Shown piece after piece: positions 18,723 to 28,671 of a stretch of 40,949 nucleotides of DNA. The notes beneath the pieces are model-generated. The model made no database searches and had not been told where the DNA came from. It saw only the letters and a program-made list of their open reading frames with translations. The DNA lies in NCBI GenBank assembly GCA_048885535.1, contig JBHLLO010000026.1, positions 1 through 40,949 of the forward strand, given 5' to 3'. This stretch comes from Candidatus Hermodarchaeota archaeon (GTDB taxonomy: Archaea > Asgardarchaeota > Lokiarchaeia > Sigyniarchaeales > SOKP01). The position numbers and the translations under genes are program-made. Every line of letters starts with the position of its first letter. Within the stretch, counting starts at the first letter, position 1.

Positions 18723-20860
18723 TCCTCGACTTTTGGAGCTTTTTCAAATATGCTTTTCAAGATGAACCATAACTCTTCAGTATCTTGTATTGGAATTATT
18801 TTATAATGATGTAGGTTAGCAAATTCTCGGACTTTCTTTTTGATCACCCTTAATTCTCCATTAATTTGTTCTTTAAAATCAATATAATCTAAGATGATGA
18901 TGATAAGAGAATAGGTTTGTTGGTGCTTGTTTATAAAACGGGATAATTCATTTTGAAAAGTTTCATCAAAACCTGCTTCAGTGTAAATGTGTATTAGCAC
19001 TTTACCATGAATAATAATATGTTCCCATTTGTTACTACGCGTATAATTAATACCCTCTTTTTGAAGTCTCTTGCGAAGTCCAAATTTGACAGGTACATCT
19101 TTACTTAAAATAATCTTCTCTTGGCTTTGTTTTTTTTCCAAATTTTTTGCAGGATCCATAAATTTGTATAATTGCATTTGGCCTACTTTTTTTATAGAGT
19201 GCTGTAGGGAGTCTCCTTTTTCAGGTATCTCTTCCTTTTCAAATACTTGGGTTTGTAGTTTTTCTTGAGCTTTGAGATGGATCTTCATACGTTTTAGTTT
19301 ATTCATCGCAATTTTTAAATAAATCTCATCATGAGTGCCTTTACAGTAAAGTATGATCACTTTTCCTTGCCTTTGGCGAGCTGTTCTTCCTTTTCTTTGA
19401 ATAAACCTAATCTCTGACGTTACTACATCGTAAAATATGACTAGATCGCATTCGGCTATGTCCAGTCCTTCTTCCCCTACATTTGTGGAAACTAGGACAT
19501 TAATTGACCCTTGTTTAAAATTCTCTAAAATTTCCAGCTGCTTTTTCTGTGATAAGCCTTTATCATGTTTAGATTTAGTAGCCTGCCCAACAAAACGGGA
19601 AGCTTTTATTGGCCCAGTTTCATTTAATTTTTTTGTAATATTCTTTACAGAATCTCTTAATTTAACAAAAACCAATATTCGAGAATTGGGTGTTATTTCT
19701 AATTGTTCTATAATTATCTTTTCAAGGACTTTATACTTAGGATGGATTAATACTTCAGGATTAACATCATCATATTTCATTAATTCTAAAAACATTTGGT
19801 GTAGTCGATTTTCTGATGCAAGAATTTTGATAGCTTTAGAGCTTGTTTTTCTTCTCGCGTCTTCCTTAATTTTTAGCAAGTATTTGAAAAGTACATCTAA
19901 TCCTTGTTGCTCAATAAGATCTAACATATGATATAATATAAGCGCTTGGGCATTTACAGAAAGTGCTGAATAAACACCTGTTTTATCTCCATCAGATTTT
20001 GTAATTGAAATTAATTCTGAGTTAAGCTTTAATAAATCCTTCCGTAGTATTTTTTCTGAAAGCTTTACGGATTTGTTTGCTGGTGTTTTTAACGAAAAGC
20101 CTAGATGGGATAAATGTCGTAATCGTTCTTCTAGTAATAGTTGGATTATTAAATATGCATCTATCATAAGTTGTGTTAAATCCACACTAACTTTATAAAT
20201 GTCCATAGGTTTTATGTAAGATTTAACATCTTGATCAGTTCTTATACGAGTATGAATGTTCTGTAGTGGTATATGAAGAATTTTACATAAATCCTCAATT
20301 TTAGATTTTGATGCCCCTGGGGATGCTGTCAAAGCCAATATGTTTCCATCTGGGTTCTGATCTAAATATTCATCAGCAATGAGTGGGTACGGATAATCCC
20401 CTGAAGAATGGTGTGCTTCATCAAAAATCGTTAAACAGGTCGTATTTAAAGTATATTTCTTTTTTACTAAATCGTTTCGTAAAGTTTGAGGAGTATAGAA
20501 AATAATTTGATGTGTTTCAAAAATTTTCTTTCGGTTACCTGGATTTATTCTCCCTGTTAATATTGCGAAATTTTCCTCAGAAAACTTGAGTAAATTCTTA
20601 AATGTTTCAAAGTGTTGATTAATTAATGGTCGTGTTGGAGCAAGAACAATAACTTTACTGTTTTTTGGATATAATTCTAACGTATAAGCTGCCACCAAGA
20701 CGGCTATAATTGTTTTTCCAAGACCCGTGGGTAATACAACCAGAGAATTATGATTTACACATTTTTTTGCAATTTCTACTTGATATTGCCGAAATTCTAT
20801 CTGCATTTCTTTAAGATACTGATTCTTTAAACCGTTTCTTTCGGAGTTTGTAGAGATCAA
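18719..20860 (-). CDS. hef: Hef/FANCM/Mph1-family SF2 helicase with degenerate C-terminal ERCC4-like domain
   Basis: RQYQ, LPTGLGKT, APTRPL, DEAHH, LTASPG, RFVGQA, GEEGLDI, QRKGRTAR. Confidence 0.9.
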   Translation of the reverse strand: MISTNSERNGLKNQYLKEMQIEFRQYQVEIAKKCVNHNSLVVLPTGLGKTIIAVLVAAYTLELYPKNSKVIVLAPTRPLINQHFETFKNLLKFSEENFAILTGRINPGNRKKIFETHQIIFYTPQTLRNDLVKKKYTLNTTCLTIFDEAHHSSGDYPYPLIADEYLDQNPDGNILALTASPGASKSKIEDLCKILHIPLQNIHTRIRTDQDVKSYIKPMDIYKVSVDLTQLMIDAYLIIQLLLEERLRHLSHLGFSLKTPANKSVKLSEKILRKDLLKLNSELISITKSDGDKTGVYSALSVNAQALILYHMLDLIEQQGLDVLFKYLLKIKEDARRKTSSKAIKILASENRLHQMFLELMKYDDVNPEVLIHPKYKVLEKIIIEQLEITPNSRILVFVKLRDSVKNITKKLNETGPIKASRFVGQATKSKHDKGLSQKKQLEILENFKQGSINVLVSTNVGEEGLDIAECDLVIFYDVVTSEIRFIQRKGRTARQRQGKVIILYCKGTHDEIYLKIAMNKLKRMKIHLKAQEKLQTQVFEKEEIPEKGDSLQHSIKKVGQMQLYKFMDPAKNLEKKQSQEKIILSKDVPVKFGLRKRLQKEGINYTRSNKWEHIIIHGKVLIHIYTEAGFDETFQNELSRFINKHQQTYSLIIIILDYIDFKEQINGELRVIKKKVREFANLHHYKIIPIQDTEELWFILKSIFEKAPKVEE

Positions 20861-20879
20861 GATTCTTACCTCCTTCCTT

Positions 20880-21458
20880 TTAATTTTGAATAGTTATCTT
20901 ATAGTTCAAAAGATTAATTTTTCTAATTGGTTTATTACCTCTTTTATATGAGAGAATATGAGTTCCGAGATCGATTGCTAATTTAGTAGGATATGTTAAC
21001 CCATTTCCTCTATGTTCAAAAAAATATGGATGGTTATTCTTTAGATGCTTTACTTTATGAATCAACTCAGAATTATTTTGGTTGAGATTGAATCCTTTTC
21101 CGATGTTTATATGTTGGAAATAATAAATTATATCACTAAGCACATTAGAATGTTCAATATTGATAGTTATTTCATGTGATTCAGCAGTTTCGATTTTTTC
21201 TACTTCAGATTGTGCCTTCAAGGTTAAATAGAGTGTGGTATTTCTCCTCTTTTTACAAATAGTAAATCCCTCTAAGTGTGAACGAAATAAACTCTGAAAG
21301 CGGAATATCATATCTAATAATTCTTCTCCCTCTTTCGGAAGTAGTTTTAGTCCTTTACATAATTTGCTGAAGTTGAACTGTGCTTGTGGATGGTCTTGAA
21401 ACTTTTCTAAAGCATGAATGATATTAAGTAATAACTGAAATTTATCACTAGGGGGCAT
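20880..21458 (-). CDS. Hypothetical protein, possibly tandem winged-helix
   Basis: Two similar halves (FNFSKL.../FNLNQN...); first gene of the Hef operon. Confidence 0.7.
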   Translation of the reverse strand: MPPSDKFQLLLNIIHALEKFQDHPQAQFNFSKLCKGLKLLPKEGEELLDMIFRFQSLFRSHLEGFTICKKRRNTTLYLTLKAQSEVEKIETAESHEITINIEHSNVLSDIIYYFQHINIGKGFNLNQNNSELIHKVKHLKNNHPYFFEHRGNGLTYPTKLAIDLGTHILSYKRGNKPIRKINLLNYKITIQN

Positions 21459-21480
21459 CTAACTAAATAAGTTGTGCCCA

Positions 21481-21495
21481 AATAAAAAGAAAAAA
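21481..21495 (-). promoter_or_regulatory. T-rich-BRE promoter variant TTTTTTC-TTTTTATT for the Hef operon
   Basis: Box ends 22 nt before ATG 21458 (leaderless spacing). Confidence 0.6.
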
Positions 21496-21560
21496 TGTCT
21501 TAAAAAGGAAATCTAATAGATATAAAATAATTAAATGTACACCTTTCTATTAATTTTATT

Positions 21561-21893
21561 ATGAGACCTATTAAGGAAATATTTTTTTTTATCATTGCTG
21601 TAGCTTTGAATATATGTATCGTCTTATTATTTGGAGTATCAACTGGATTGATTTTTTATCCTAAGACTTGTTATCCACAAGATCTTACTTACTATCTTAT
21701 CATTGATCTTTTAGCGAGGCTTTTTTGGCAATTACCATTTTGGGTTATGATAATGGGATTTATATTACTCTTTTTAATAACAAACAAAAATCAGAAGAAA
21801 ATATGCATAATTGACTGGATTCTCATACTAATTTTCATTTTTTTGCTAATTCCACTCGTGATTATTTTTGGTTCACATGGTTGTGCATTTTGA
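21561..21893 (+). CDS. Small 3-TM membrane protein
   Basis: Three hydrophobic segments. Confidence 0.6.
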   Translation: MRPIKEIFFFIIAVALNICIVLLFGVSTGLIFYPKTCYPQDLTYYLIIDLLARLFWQLPFWVMIMGFILLFLITNKNQKKICIIDWILILIFIFLLIPLVIIFGSHGCAF

Positions 21894-21914
21894 TAGATGA
21901 ATAATTAAAAAAGG

Positions 21915-24245
21915 TCATAATTTTGGTTTTTTACCCGATAATACTTTTTTCTTAAGATTTATGAAATGTATCCTTTTTGATGTAGTAAGAAGAACGATAC
22001 TTGGAATTCCGATCAAAATTCCACCCAAAATTATGGTATGAATAAATTCACTGCTAAAGTCCCGAAAGAAATTTGTATCTTTATAATCTGGATTCGTAAA
22101 ATATTTTTCTAAACTACATACCCAATAGAATCCTTCATAACAAATTGCTATCTCTTCAGTAGATTCATAAAATTCATAAAGAGTATTATCATATATCTCT
22201 GAAATTAATGCTTGAATTGAGGGAATATCAAAATAGATGCTTAAATTCAAGAAATCTGAAAGTTGATAGCTGTAATATACATTTTTAAGGTTAGTATAGT
22301 TGAGGTTAATATCCACATAATTCTTTATTTTTGTAGAATCTAACTCGTAAGTTCCTAAAGTTTTCAATATATAGACTGCATAGTAGGTATATTCTAAGAT
22401 GAGTTCACTATTTCTTATATTTCTGGGAGTGAAATATATTTCATCGGCAGTCTCATTAATCTGATTGAGAATATAATAATTTAATGCATTAATATCAAAA
22501 GCAAACGCTGAGATGTTATCCAATTGCATGTAGTTTGCCAATAATTCCAAGGCTCGAATTGCGAAGTAGGCATCACTGAAATCCACACACTCATTCTGAT
22601 ATTTTGAGCTAGCCCTAATCTTAAAAGAAGGATTAGGTAAAAAGCCACCATAATTCGTGTAATTCCCTTCTAAAAATTGACTATTTATAATATTATTAAG
22701 GATTCCAGATAATCCATAGCTAAGCTCGAAGATATTCAATTTTGATATTAAGTTTAGAGAATCTAATGCCAGAAACATGTTTTTTTGAGAGATCATACGT
22801 TCTATTCCATATATAATTCTTTGATTTCCCACTGAAAAGTATTCAAGCGGAAAAGAGCGGTACATAGGCGCATTAAAATCCATATTTATACTCCCTATAA
22901 AATTATTATCTATACTATAACAACTTTCAATTGCGAGATATAATTGGGAAATGGGAAGATCAGATAAACGATCAAAAATATCATATGAGTTAATCAAATA
23001 ATTAATTAAACGTAAAGAAGTATAATCTTCTGAAAGAAGTGCATACCCTCCATGATTGAAGTAAAAGTCTAAAGCTGTAACTATCATATTTTTTTCACTC
23101 TCAACTAACACTGAAAGCCCGTTAACATTAAATAAAGATCGTGTAATCTGGAACGTATCGATTAGTTCATGGTAATGAATATTGGTTGATTGATCCCAAA
23201 TACCCCATGAATTTTTATTGTTAATTACAAACTCTATACATAAGGCTTTGTCATATCCCGAAAAACTCGTCAATTCTGCTAGTTCTAAAGCTAATGCTGT
23301 TCCTACTATATTTAATTCATCATCATTAGTGTGACTTTGAAAACCAGAGAAATGAAAGCTGTGTGTACCTAGTTCGTACACATTGTTAAGATAGCTATGG
23401 AAATTATTTATATTAATGGCATTAAGTTCTCCAAGAATATCAAGAGTCTTTATATTATAATATGCTGAAAGTAAGTTAGGTTCTAACATCATGAGCGCAC
23501 TTATATTACCTTTGCTGCTATAGAATCCCCCAAACCACTTTGGATCACTCATGGTTAATTGTAAGCTCGAGACAAATTCGGAAATCTTGTTTTTTGCTAT
23601 ATTATATAAATCCCAATTATCCAACAGTTCAATTACTTGCGCGGCATAAAATGTATTATCCATAGTAGGATCTTTTAAATATGCGGGTAGATTTACATCA
23701 AAAGGCATACCGATAAATCCCCCAATTACGGGATTATAGCAGTCCCAAATGAAATCTATCATATCTAATGAGTCAATCAGATGTAAACTCCCCAAAATTT
23801 CTAAGGTTAATACAGCATAGCAGTTAATCTCTAGTAAAGATGCTAATGGATACACAATTTCTCTGTTATAATTAGCATCTAACCATCGTTCTGCATATCG
23901 GTCAACAAAAACACTTTCATTATGATTATAAAACGACATAATATAATTAGTAAAGTGAGTAGTGTTAATATCATCCAGTCTGCCAATTGCAGCTAATGTT
24001 GCTAGTGCATAATAAGTTGCTTGAATTGATGGTTCATAAACTTGAGGAAAATAACCTTTAATACCATACTGCTCCAACTTTTTGTTGTAGATTTTGTTAA
24101 TTAATCCTGAATATCCTAATGAAGAACTAGAGACCTTCTCTGGATTATCATAATCTTTTCCATTTGTATTTACAGATGAAAAAACGACAATATTAATGGT
24201 GATTAATGTTAATAAAAAAATTACCACAAATTTATTTTTCTTCAT
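21915..24245 (-). CDS. Secreted, C-terminally anchored prenyltransferase/squalene-cyclase-repeat (alpha-alpha toroid) protein
   Basis: Signal peptide; repeated GGF...T(F/Y)YA..L.LL motifs; C-terminal TM helix with basic tail. Confidence 0.8.
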   Translation of the reverse strand: MKKNKFVVIFLLTLITINIVVFSSVNTNGKDYDNPEKVSSSSLGYSGLINKIYNKKLEQYGIKGYFPQVYEPSIQATYYALATLAAIGRLDDINTTHFTNYIMSFYNHNESVFVDRYAERWLDANYNREIVYPLASLLEINCYAVLTLEILGSLHLIDSLDMIDFIWDCYNPVIGGFIGMPFDVNLPAYLKDPTMDNTFYAAQVIELLDNWDLYNIAKNKISEFVSSLQLTMSDPKWFGGFYSSKGNISALMMLEPNLLSAYYNIKTLDILGELNAININNFHSYLNNVYELGTHSFHFSGFQSHTNDDELNIVGTALALELAELTSFSGYDKALCIEFVINNKNSWGIWDQSTNIHYHELIDTFQITRSLFNVNGLSVLVESEKNMIVTALDFYFNHGGYALLSEDYTSLRLINYLINSYDIFDRLSDLPISQLYLAIESCYSIDNNFIGSINMDFNAPMYRSFPLEYFSVGNQRIIYGIERMISQKNMFLALDSLNLISKLNIFELSYGLSGILNNIINSQFLEGNYTNYGGFLPNPSFKIRASSKYQNECVDFSDAYFAIRALELLANYMQLDNISAFAFDINALNYYILNQINETADEIYFTPRNIRNSELILEYTYYAVYILKTLGTYELDSTKIKNYVDINLNYTNLKNVYYSYQLSDFLNLSIYFDIPSIQALISEIYDNTLYEFYESTEEIAICYEGFYWVCSLEKYFTNPDYKDTNFFRDFSSEFIHTIILGGILIGIPSIVLLTTSKRIHFINLKKKVLSGKKPKL

Positions 24246-24293
24246 TTTTAGCCTATATGATTATATTATACTGAGATGAAAATATCGTGAGTA

Positions 24294-24308
24294 TATTTAA
24301 AGAAAAAA
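24294..24308 (-). promoter_or_regulatory. T-rich-BRE promoter TTTTTTC-TTTAAATA
   Basis: Strict motif upstream of ATG 24245. Confidence 0.6.
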
Positions 24309-24377
24309 TGAAAAAATCTCAATTCAAAAAGAAAGAAAAAGAGAAAGAGCATGTAGATATACTCTTTACAATTGATT

Positions 24378-25631
24378 TTATATAATTAAGGGTGGATCCT
24401 TTACCCTCCAGATTGCTAGGTTAAATAATTGATCTTGTTTGGCATCTGGATCAGGAATCACTTCTGGTGGTTTATCATTTTTTTCAAATATATTTACAAT
24501 GTTTTTCCTATCAACTGCCATTGAGAATAGAATTGGTTTATTTTCTAAATCTTTTATCGCATAGAAATAATAATCAAAAGTGTCAAATGCATTAAATACT
24601 TGCATCCCATTCCCTAACTCAATTTCTAAAATCTCATCATCTTCATTAATTTCTTCGTTAGTAAATTCTTCCATTAGAATTCCTAGTTTTTTCATAACTT
24701 CTTTGAGTAAGCGAGCCGATTTTACTAAGGATACAAATCCAGGTATTCGAAGTTTTTCAAAAATTTTACGTTCCACTTGTTTATGAATTGTACTCATACG
24801 AATGTTTAATCTATTACAAATTTCACTTACAGTTACTACTTTTTCAGGTAAACATAAGGCAGAAATAGAAGTAACTACGCCTGCAATAACACTATCTTTA
24901 GTGTTTTTTACCATTTCCCAAAGCATATCTAATACTTTTTTTGATTGATAAAAGAAATACATACCTAATCCAAAATGCTCAGTAATCTCCAGGATTTTTT
25001 GAACAATATACTCCCTTCGGTCTCTTTCTTTATACTCTGGTTTAAATTCACATATTTGGAGCTTGAAAGATTGGAAATCTTTTTTGTCAATATTAGAGAC
25101 TACTAATAAAGCTTGCTCGTCTATTGGTTTACAGTCATATTTATATGTAAAATAGATCACTAATGGAACTAACTTCTCTGGACTTCTATATTTTGTACCA
25201 CGAATAATTTTTGAACGAATTTCCATAAAATTCCCAATAACTTTTGCTTTATCTGATTCAGGTAATGACAATACTTCAAATATACGATTGATTTCGATCA
25301 TAGCTTTCATTTTCACATTTTCTTCATTTGACTTAATGGAATCAAGTTTATTGAGTCGCTTTAATTGATATGATTTGGGATTCTGCACCCTTTCTTTTGC
25401 AGATCCAATTTGAGTCTTCCCAAGTGGAGCATATTGCAAAATATCTTGATTATAGGGCTTATGATATTCTAAAATCTGTAAGTCAAGCATAATTCCGCAC
25501 TCCTTACAGACATACCCAGACTCATTCTGAGTGATATCATCCGAGCCACATACATCACACTGCAATGATGCTTCTGACTCAAATTGGCTTAATTGAGATT
25601 TATTCAAACTTGCCAACTTACTCACGATCAC
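24378..25631 (-). CDS. tfb: Divergent transcription factor B (TFIIB) paralogue
   Basis: CDVCG...YVCKECG Zn ribbon, LGKTQIG, LKRLNKL linker, two cyclin-fold repeats, acidic C-terminal extension. Confidence 0.85.
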   Translation of the reverse strand: MIVSKLASLNKSQLSQFESEASLQCDVCGSDDITQNESGYVCKECGIMLDLQILEYHKPYNQDILQYAPLGKTQIGSAKERVQNPKSYQLKRLNKLDSIKSNEENVKMKAMIEINRIFEVLSLPESDKAKVIGNFMEIRSKIIRGTKYRSPEKLVPLVIYFTYKYDCKPIDEQALLVVSNIDKKDFQSFKLQICEFKPEYKERDRREYIVQKILEITEHFGLGMYFFYQSKKVLDMLWEMVKNTKDSVIAGVVTSISALCLPEKVVTVSEICNRLNIRMSTIHKQVERKIFEKLRIPGFVSLVKSARLLKEVMKKLGILMEEFTNEEINEDDEILEIELGNGMQVFNAFDTFDYYFYAIKDLENKPILFSMAVDRKNIVNIFEKNDKPPEVIPDPDAKQDQLFNLAIWRVKDPPLII

Positions 25632-25777
25632 AAATTTTCTTAATTACTAAGAAAATGAAGATGGGGAGTGGGCTTTTTAAATGTTACGGTTGGGATCGAA
25701 TTTTTTGGATAGAAAGCTTTTCCTCACAATGTAGAATTTTGCATATGAGCAAAAAAATGTGATTTTTGCATTCTGTC

Positions 25778-25810
25778 GATCACCTCCTCAAGATCTGAAT
25801 CGAGGAGATC
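25778..25810 (-). promoter_or_regulatory. Hairpin sequestering a perfect SD (GGAGGTGATC) upstream of tfb
   Basis: AUCUCCUCGA pairs with UUGAGGAGGU (10 bp, 2 G-U) around an 8-nt loop. Confidence 0.45.
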
Positions 25811-26045
25811 AATGGGGATATATTCATATTCTTAGGAGTAGGTAAGCTTAAAATCATCGGGTGTTGGAGAGGTTAAAGTTCTGGATTCTGGCATAATATT
25901 AGAATTTTAGGTTTCATCGATTTTTTGGACACAATTGTGAAATTTTGGAAAAATATTTAAAATGAGTTTGAAAAATATTAATATATAGAAATCATCAATT
26001 AAAACGTCAATTATTATTTATATAAAAATAAATAAGTGGGTAAAT

Positions 26046-27737
26046 ATGCCAATTAGGGTATATATTAGTTATTTATTAAAAGATTTTGATAATTTTAAAA
26101 TTGGTAAAATAGCGGATCTGTTAAGTGCAAAACCTGAAATCGAAGAAATTTTATATTGGCAAGAAAATGCTACGGGAAATATAGAAAAATTCATGAGGGA
26201 TAGTCTTGTTAAATGTAATATAATGCTATTATTCTGTTCTAAAGGAACCAATGAATCTGACACGCAAAAAGACGAATGGACTTTTGCAGAGTATCTCCAA
26301 AGAGAAAGATACCGTTTAGAAATATCCCCAGTTATTATCCCCGTTTACCATAAGTTAGAGCATATCCCTACACCTATTTCGACCGAATATAAAGGTATTG
26401 AGTTTGATTTTCAGGATTTTGAAAAAACCTTTATAAAAATATATAGTAGAGTTAAATATATAAGTGAGTTAGTGCAGCAAGGTAAGTGGGTCGAGGAAAA
26501 TGAAAAAGAAAAAAAATATAAAAAATTAGTTAGAGCTGATCATAAGGGAAGTTTTGGAGGGGGAGGGAGAAATAAAGAATACTATGAAGATATTTTAACT
26601 AAAAAAGAATCAGCTAACGAGTTAGTAGCCCAACAAAGGGATGAGCATATAATGGCAGAACATAGAGTAGTAGAATGTCAACATAAGAATATTGAACAAA
26701 AGGGGGGATATTTAGTTTGTAAAGACTGCGGTTTAACTTTTGAAGACCGCATTGCTTTTGAGGAATCATTATCTCCCATCTCATATTCAGATTCCCAAGT
26801 AGATTATGAACGGAAAATTAGGTTAAGTGATTCAAAAGCAACTCATGACCCAAAAATTAAACAAAAATATGATCAAATTAAAACTCTAGACAAATGGTAT
26901 AGGGATTATCATATACGGTTACAATATATAGCTAGGGATACTTTAGAGAAAGTTTCTTTTTCCGTTTACGCACCTTCCTCAATTTATCCTGGCTCTAAAT
27001 TCATTTTAGACGTTTGGGCTTATTTAAAGACACAAAAATCAGAATTAGAAGAGATTGCGATTAGGGAAGGAGCTTATGAGAAGATTGAGGAAAAAGGTCC
27101 AATAGAGGCCAAAAGGGGTGATGAATTTCAGATTTTACTTATTCTAGATCCTCCTTTTGAGGTTCATCATGATGTCGATTCAATTAGCTGGCTTGGAGAG
27201 ATAACAAAGGCTTCCTTCCCCGTAATTGTTCCTGAGACCATAGAAATTGGTATTTATTCTGGAAAGATAGAAATATTTATTGATGGAATTATTAAACTTC
27301 GCATTCATTTTACCTTGAAGGTTGGAGACTCTGTAACTCAAATGGTAGACTCCACTCAGACAATTAAAGAAATAAAATATTATTTTGCATCCTATTCAAG
27401 CCAAGACCAAGTTGAAGTGTTAAAAAGAATTCAAGGTTTTATGGTTCGATCAGGGGCAGATGTATTTGTAGACTGCTTATCTATGAATCCCGGAGAAAAA
27501 TGGGAACAAAAAATATATGAGAAAATATTGGAATCAGATACATTTCTATTGTTTTGGTCATCTGCAGCAAAACAATCAGTATGGGTTAAAAAAGAATGGA
27601 CTTATGCTCTTATTAAAGGATTAAATTTTATCCAGCCAGTTCCTTTAGAAGATCCAAAGACCGCACCCCCACCAAAGGAATTAGAAAGCTTACATTTTCA
27701 CGATCGTTATCTAATCTGGATGAAAGGCTTAATTTAA
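26046..27737 (+). CDS. Double-TIR-domain protein with internal TFB-like Zn ribbon
   Basis: N-terminal VYISY...LLFCS...KDEW; C-terminal FASYSSQD...FVD...LFWS.AA..S.WVKKEW; central CQH...YLVCKDCG. Confidence 0.85.
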   Translation: MPIRVYISYLLKDFDNFKIGKIADLLSAKPEIEEILYWQENATGNIEKFMRDSLVKCNIMLLFCSKGTNESDTQKDEWTFAEYLQRERYRLEISPVIIPVYHKLEHIPTPISTEYKGIEFDFQDFEKTFIKIYSRVKYISELVQQGKWVEENEKEKKYKKLVRADHKGSFGGGGRNKEYYEDILTKKESANELVAQQRDEHIMAEHRVVECQHKNIEQKGGYLVCKDCGLTFEDRIAFEESLSPISYSDSQVDYERKIRLSDSKATHDPKIKQKYDQIKTLDKWYRDYHIRLQYIARDTLEKVSFSVYAPSSIYPGSKFILDVWAYLKTQKSELEEIAIREGAYEKIEEKGPIEAKRGDEFQILLILDPPFEVHHDVDSISWLGEITKASFPVIVPETIEIGIYSGKIEIFIDGIIKLRIHFTLKVGDSVTQMVDSTQTIKEIKYYFASYSSQDQVEVLKRIQGFMVRSGADVFVDCLSMNPGEKWEQKIYEKILESDTFLLFWSSAAKQSVWVKKEWTYALIKGLNFIQPVPLEDPKTAPPPKELESLHFHDRYLIWMKGLI

Positions 27738-27861
27738 TAGATGTTTGAGAATTCAACAACGGAAGAGTGCTTTACTAAAGTTGAAAGAGTTCATTCATTA
27801 ACCTTATGGTATTTTTTCCAATATTGTTTTTTAACAATTCTTATTTAAAAAATCTCTTCAG

Positions 27862-27876
27862 TTTTTCCTTTATAAG
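27862..27876 (+). promoter_or_regulatory. T-rich-BRE promoter TTTTTCC-TTTATAAG
   Basis: Strict motif; 21 nt before in-frame ATG 27898. Confidence 0.7.
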
Positions 27877-27897
27877 TATTTGGAAGATTTGTATTAT

Positions 27898-28671
27898 ATG
27901 ACCTTAGTTGATATGTTCTTTTGGTTTTTCATAATATGGTTTATCTCTCTTGGGTGTAGGGAGCTTTATGTTAGAAGTAGCAGTTTTAAGCGAGCAATTT
28001 TTAACGTAATAGCCTTTATTGGGGTATTTGTTCACGAACTGGGACATACTTTAATGTGTATTTTATTTCGAGTCCCGTTTACTGGGTTTTCAGTGCGAAT
28101 TCGTCAAGGAAATAAAATTTCTCCTCATGGTCGTGTGACTTTAAAGAATCCAAATAGAAATTCCTTTTTGCAAGATTTTATGGTCACTTTTGGACCATTA
28201 TTTCTCTCCACGTGGGTGTTCTTGTTATGTCTTGACATGATATGGGTGCAAGGAGTTGATATCGTTATAGGAATTTTATTGATAGGGATTATGGTTTCTG
28301 TTGTTTTTGGGGCAAGTCCTTCACGTCCTGATTTGAACGGAATGTTTCATGCTTACTCAAATAACCCGTCATATTCAACATATCAACTCCTGTTAGCGGT
28401 CTTATCAATCATTATTGTTTACTTTACGATTGATTTTCCTGCAATAATTTACTTACCAATGGAATTATTCTATTATATAGTAGTATTTTTTACGGTTGTT
28501 TTTGTTTATTACCTTCTTAAGTATTTCTTTAGGCTTATTAGCCACATTTTAAAAAAAGCTTTCAAAATATCAATTACAAGTACCAAAAGGTTAACACGTC
28601 GAAGACATAAACCAAGTAAGCATTATAATTATGAATATCAGAAAATATTGAGGGAGTTTGATAGTAAATGA
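27898..28671 (+). CDS. Membrane zinc metalloprotease-like protein (M50B-like); start moved from TTG 27880 to ATG 27898
   Basis: VHELGH in a TM context, FGP, SPSRPD third-ligand-like motif; TTG 27880 lies only 3 nt after the TATA box. Confidence 0.75.
   Translation: MTLVDMFFWFFIIWFISLGCRELYVRSSSFKRAIFNVIAFIGVFVHELGHTLMCILFRVPFTGFSVRIRQGNKISPHGRVTLKNPNRNSFLQDFMVTFGPLFLSTWVFLLCLDMIWVQGVDIVIGILLIGIMVSVVFGASPSRPDLNGMFHAYSNNPSYSTYQLLLAVLSIIIVYFTIDFPAIIYLPMELFYYIVVFFTVVFVYYLLKYFFRLISHILKKAFKISITSTKRLTRRRHKPSKHYNYEYQKILREFDSK

Noticed and set aside
25640-25894. Stop-codon readthrough or Sec recoding extending TFB at its N-terminus
   Set aside because: The uORF frame differs from the tfb frame, and the tfb frame has TAG TAA just upstream of its GTG.
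27880-27897. TTG 27880 as the protease start
   Set aside because: It lies 3 nt after the TATA box, upstream of the expected TSS.
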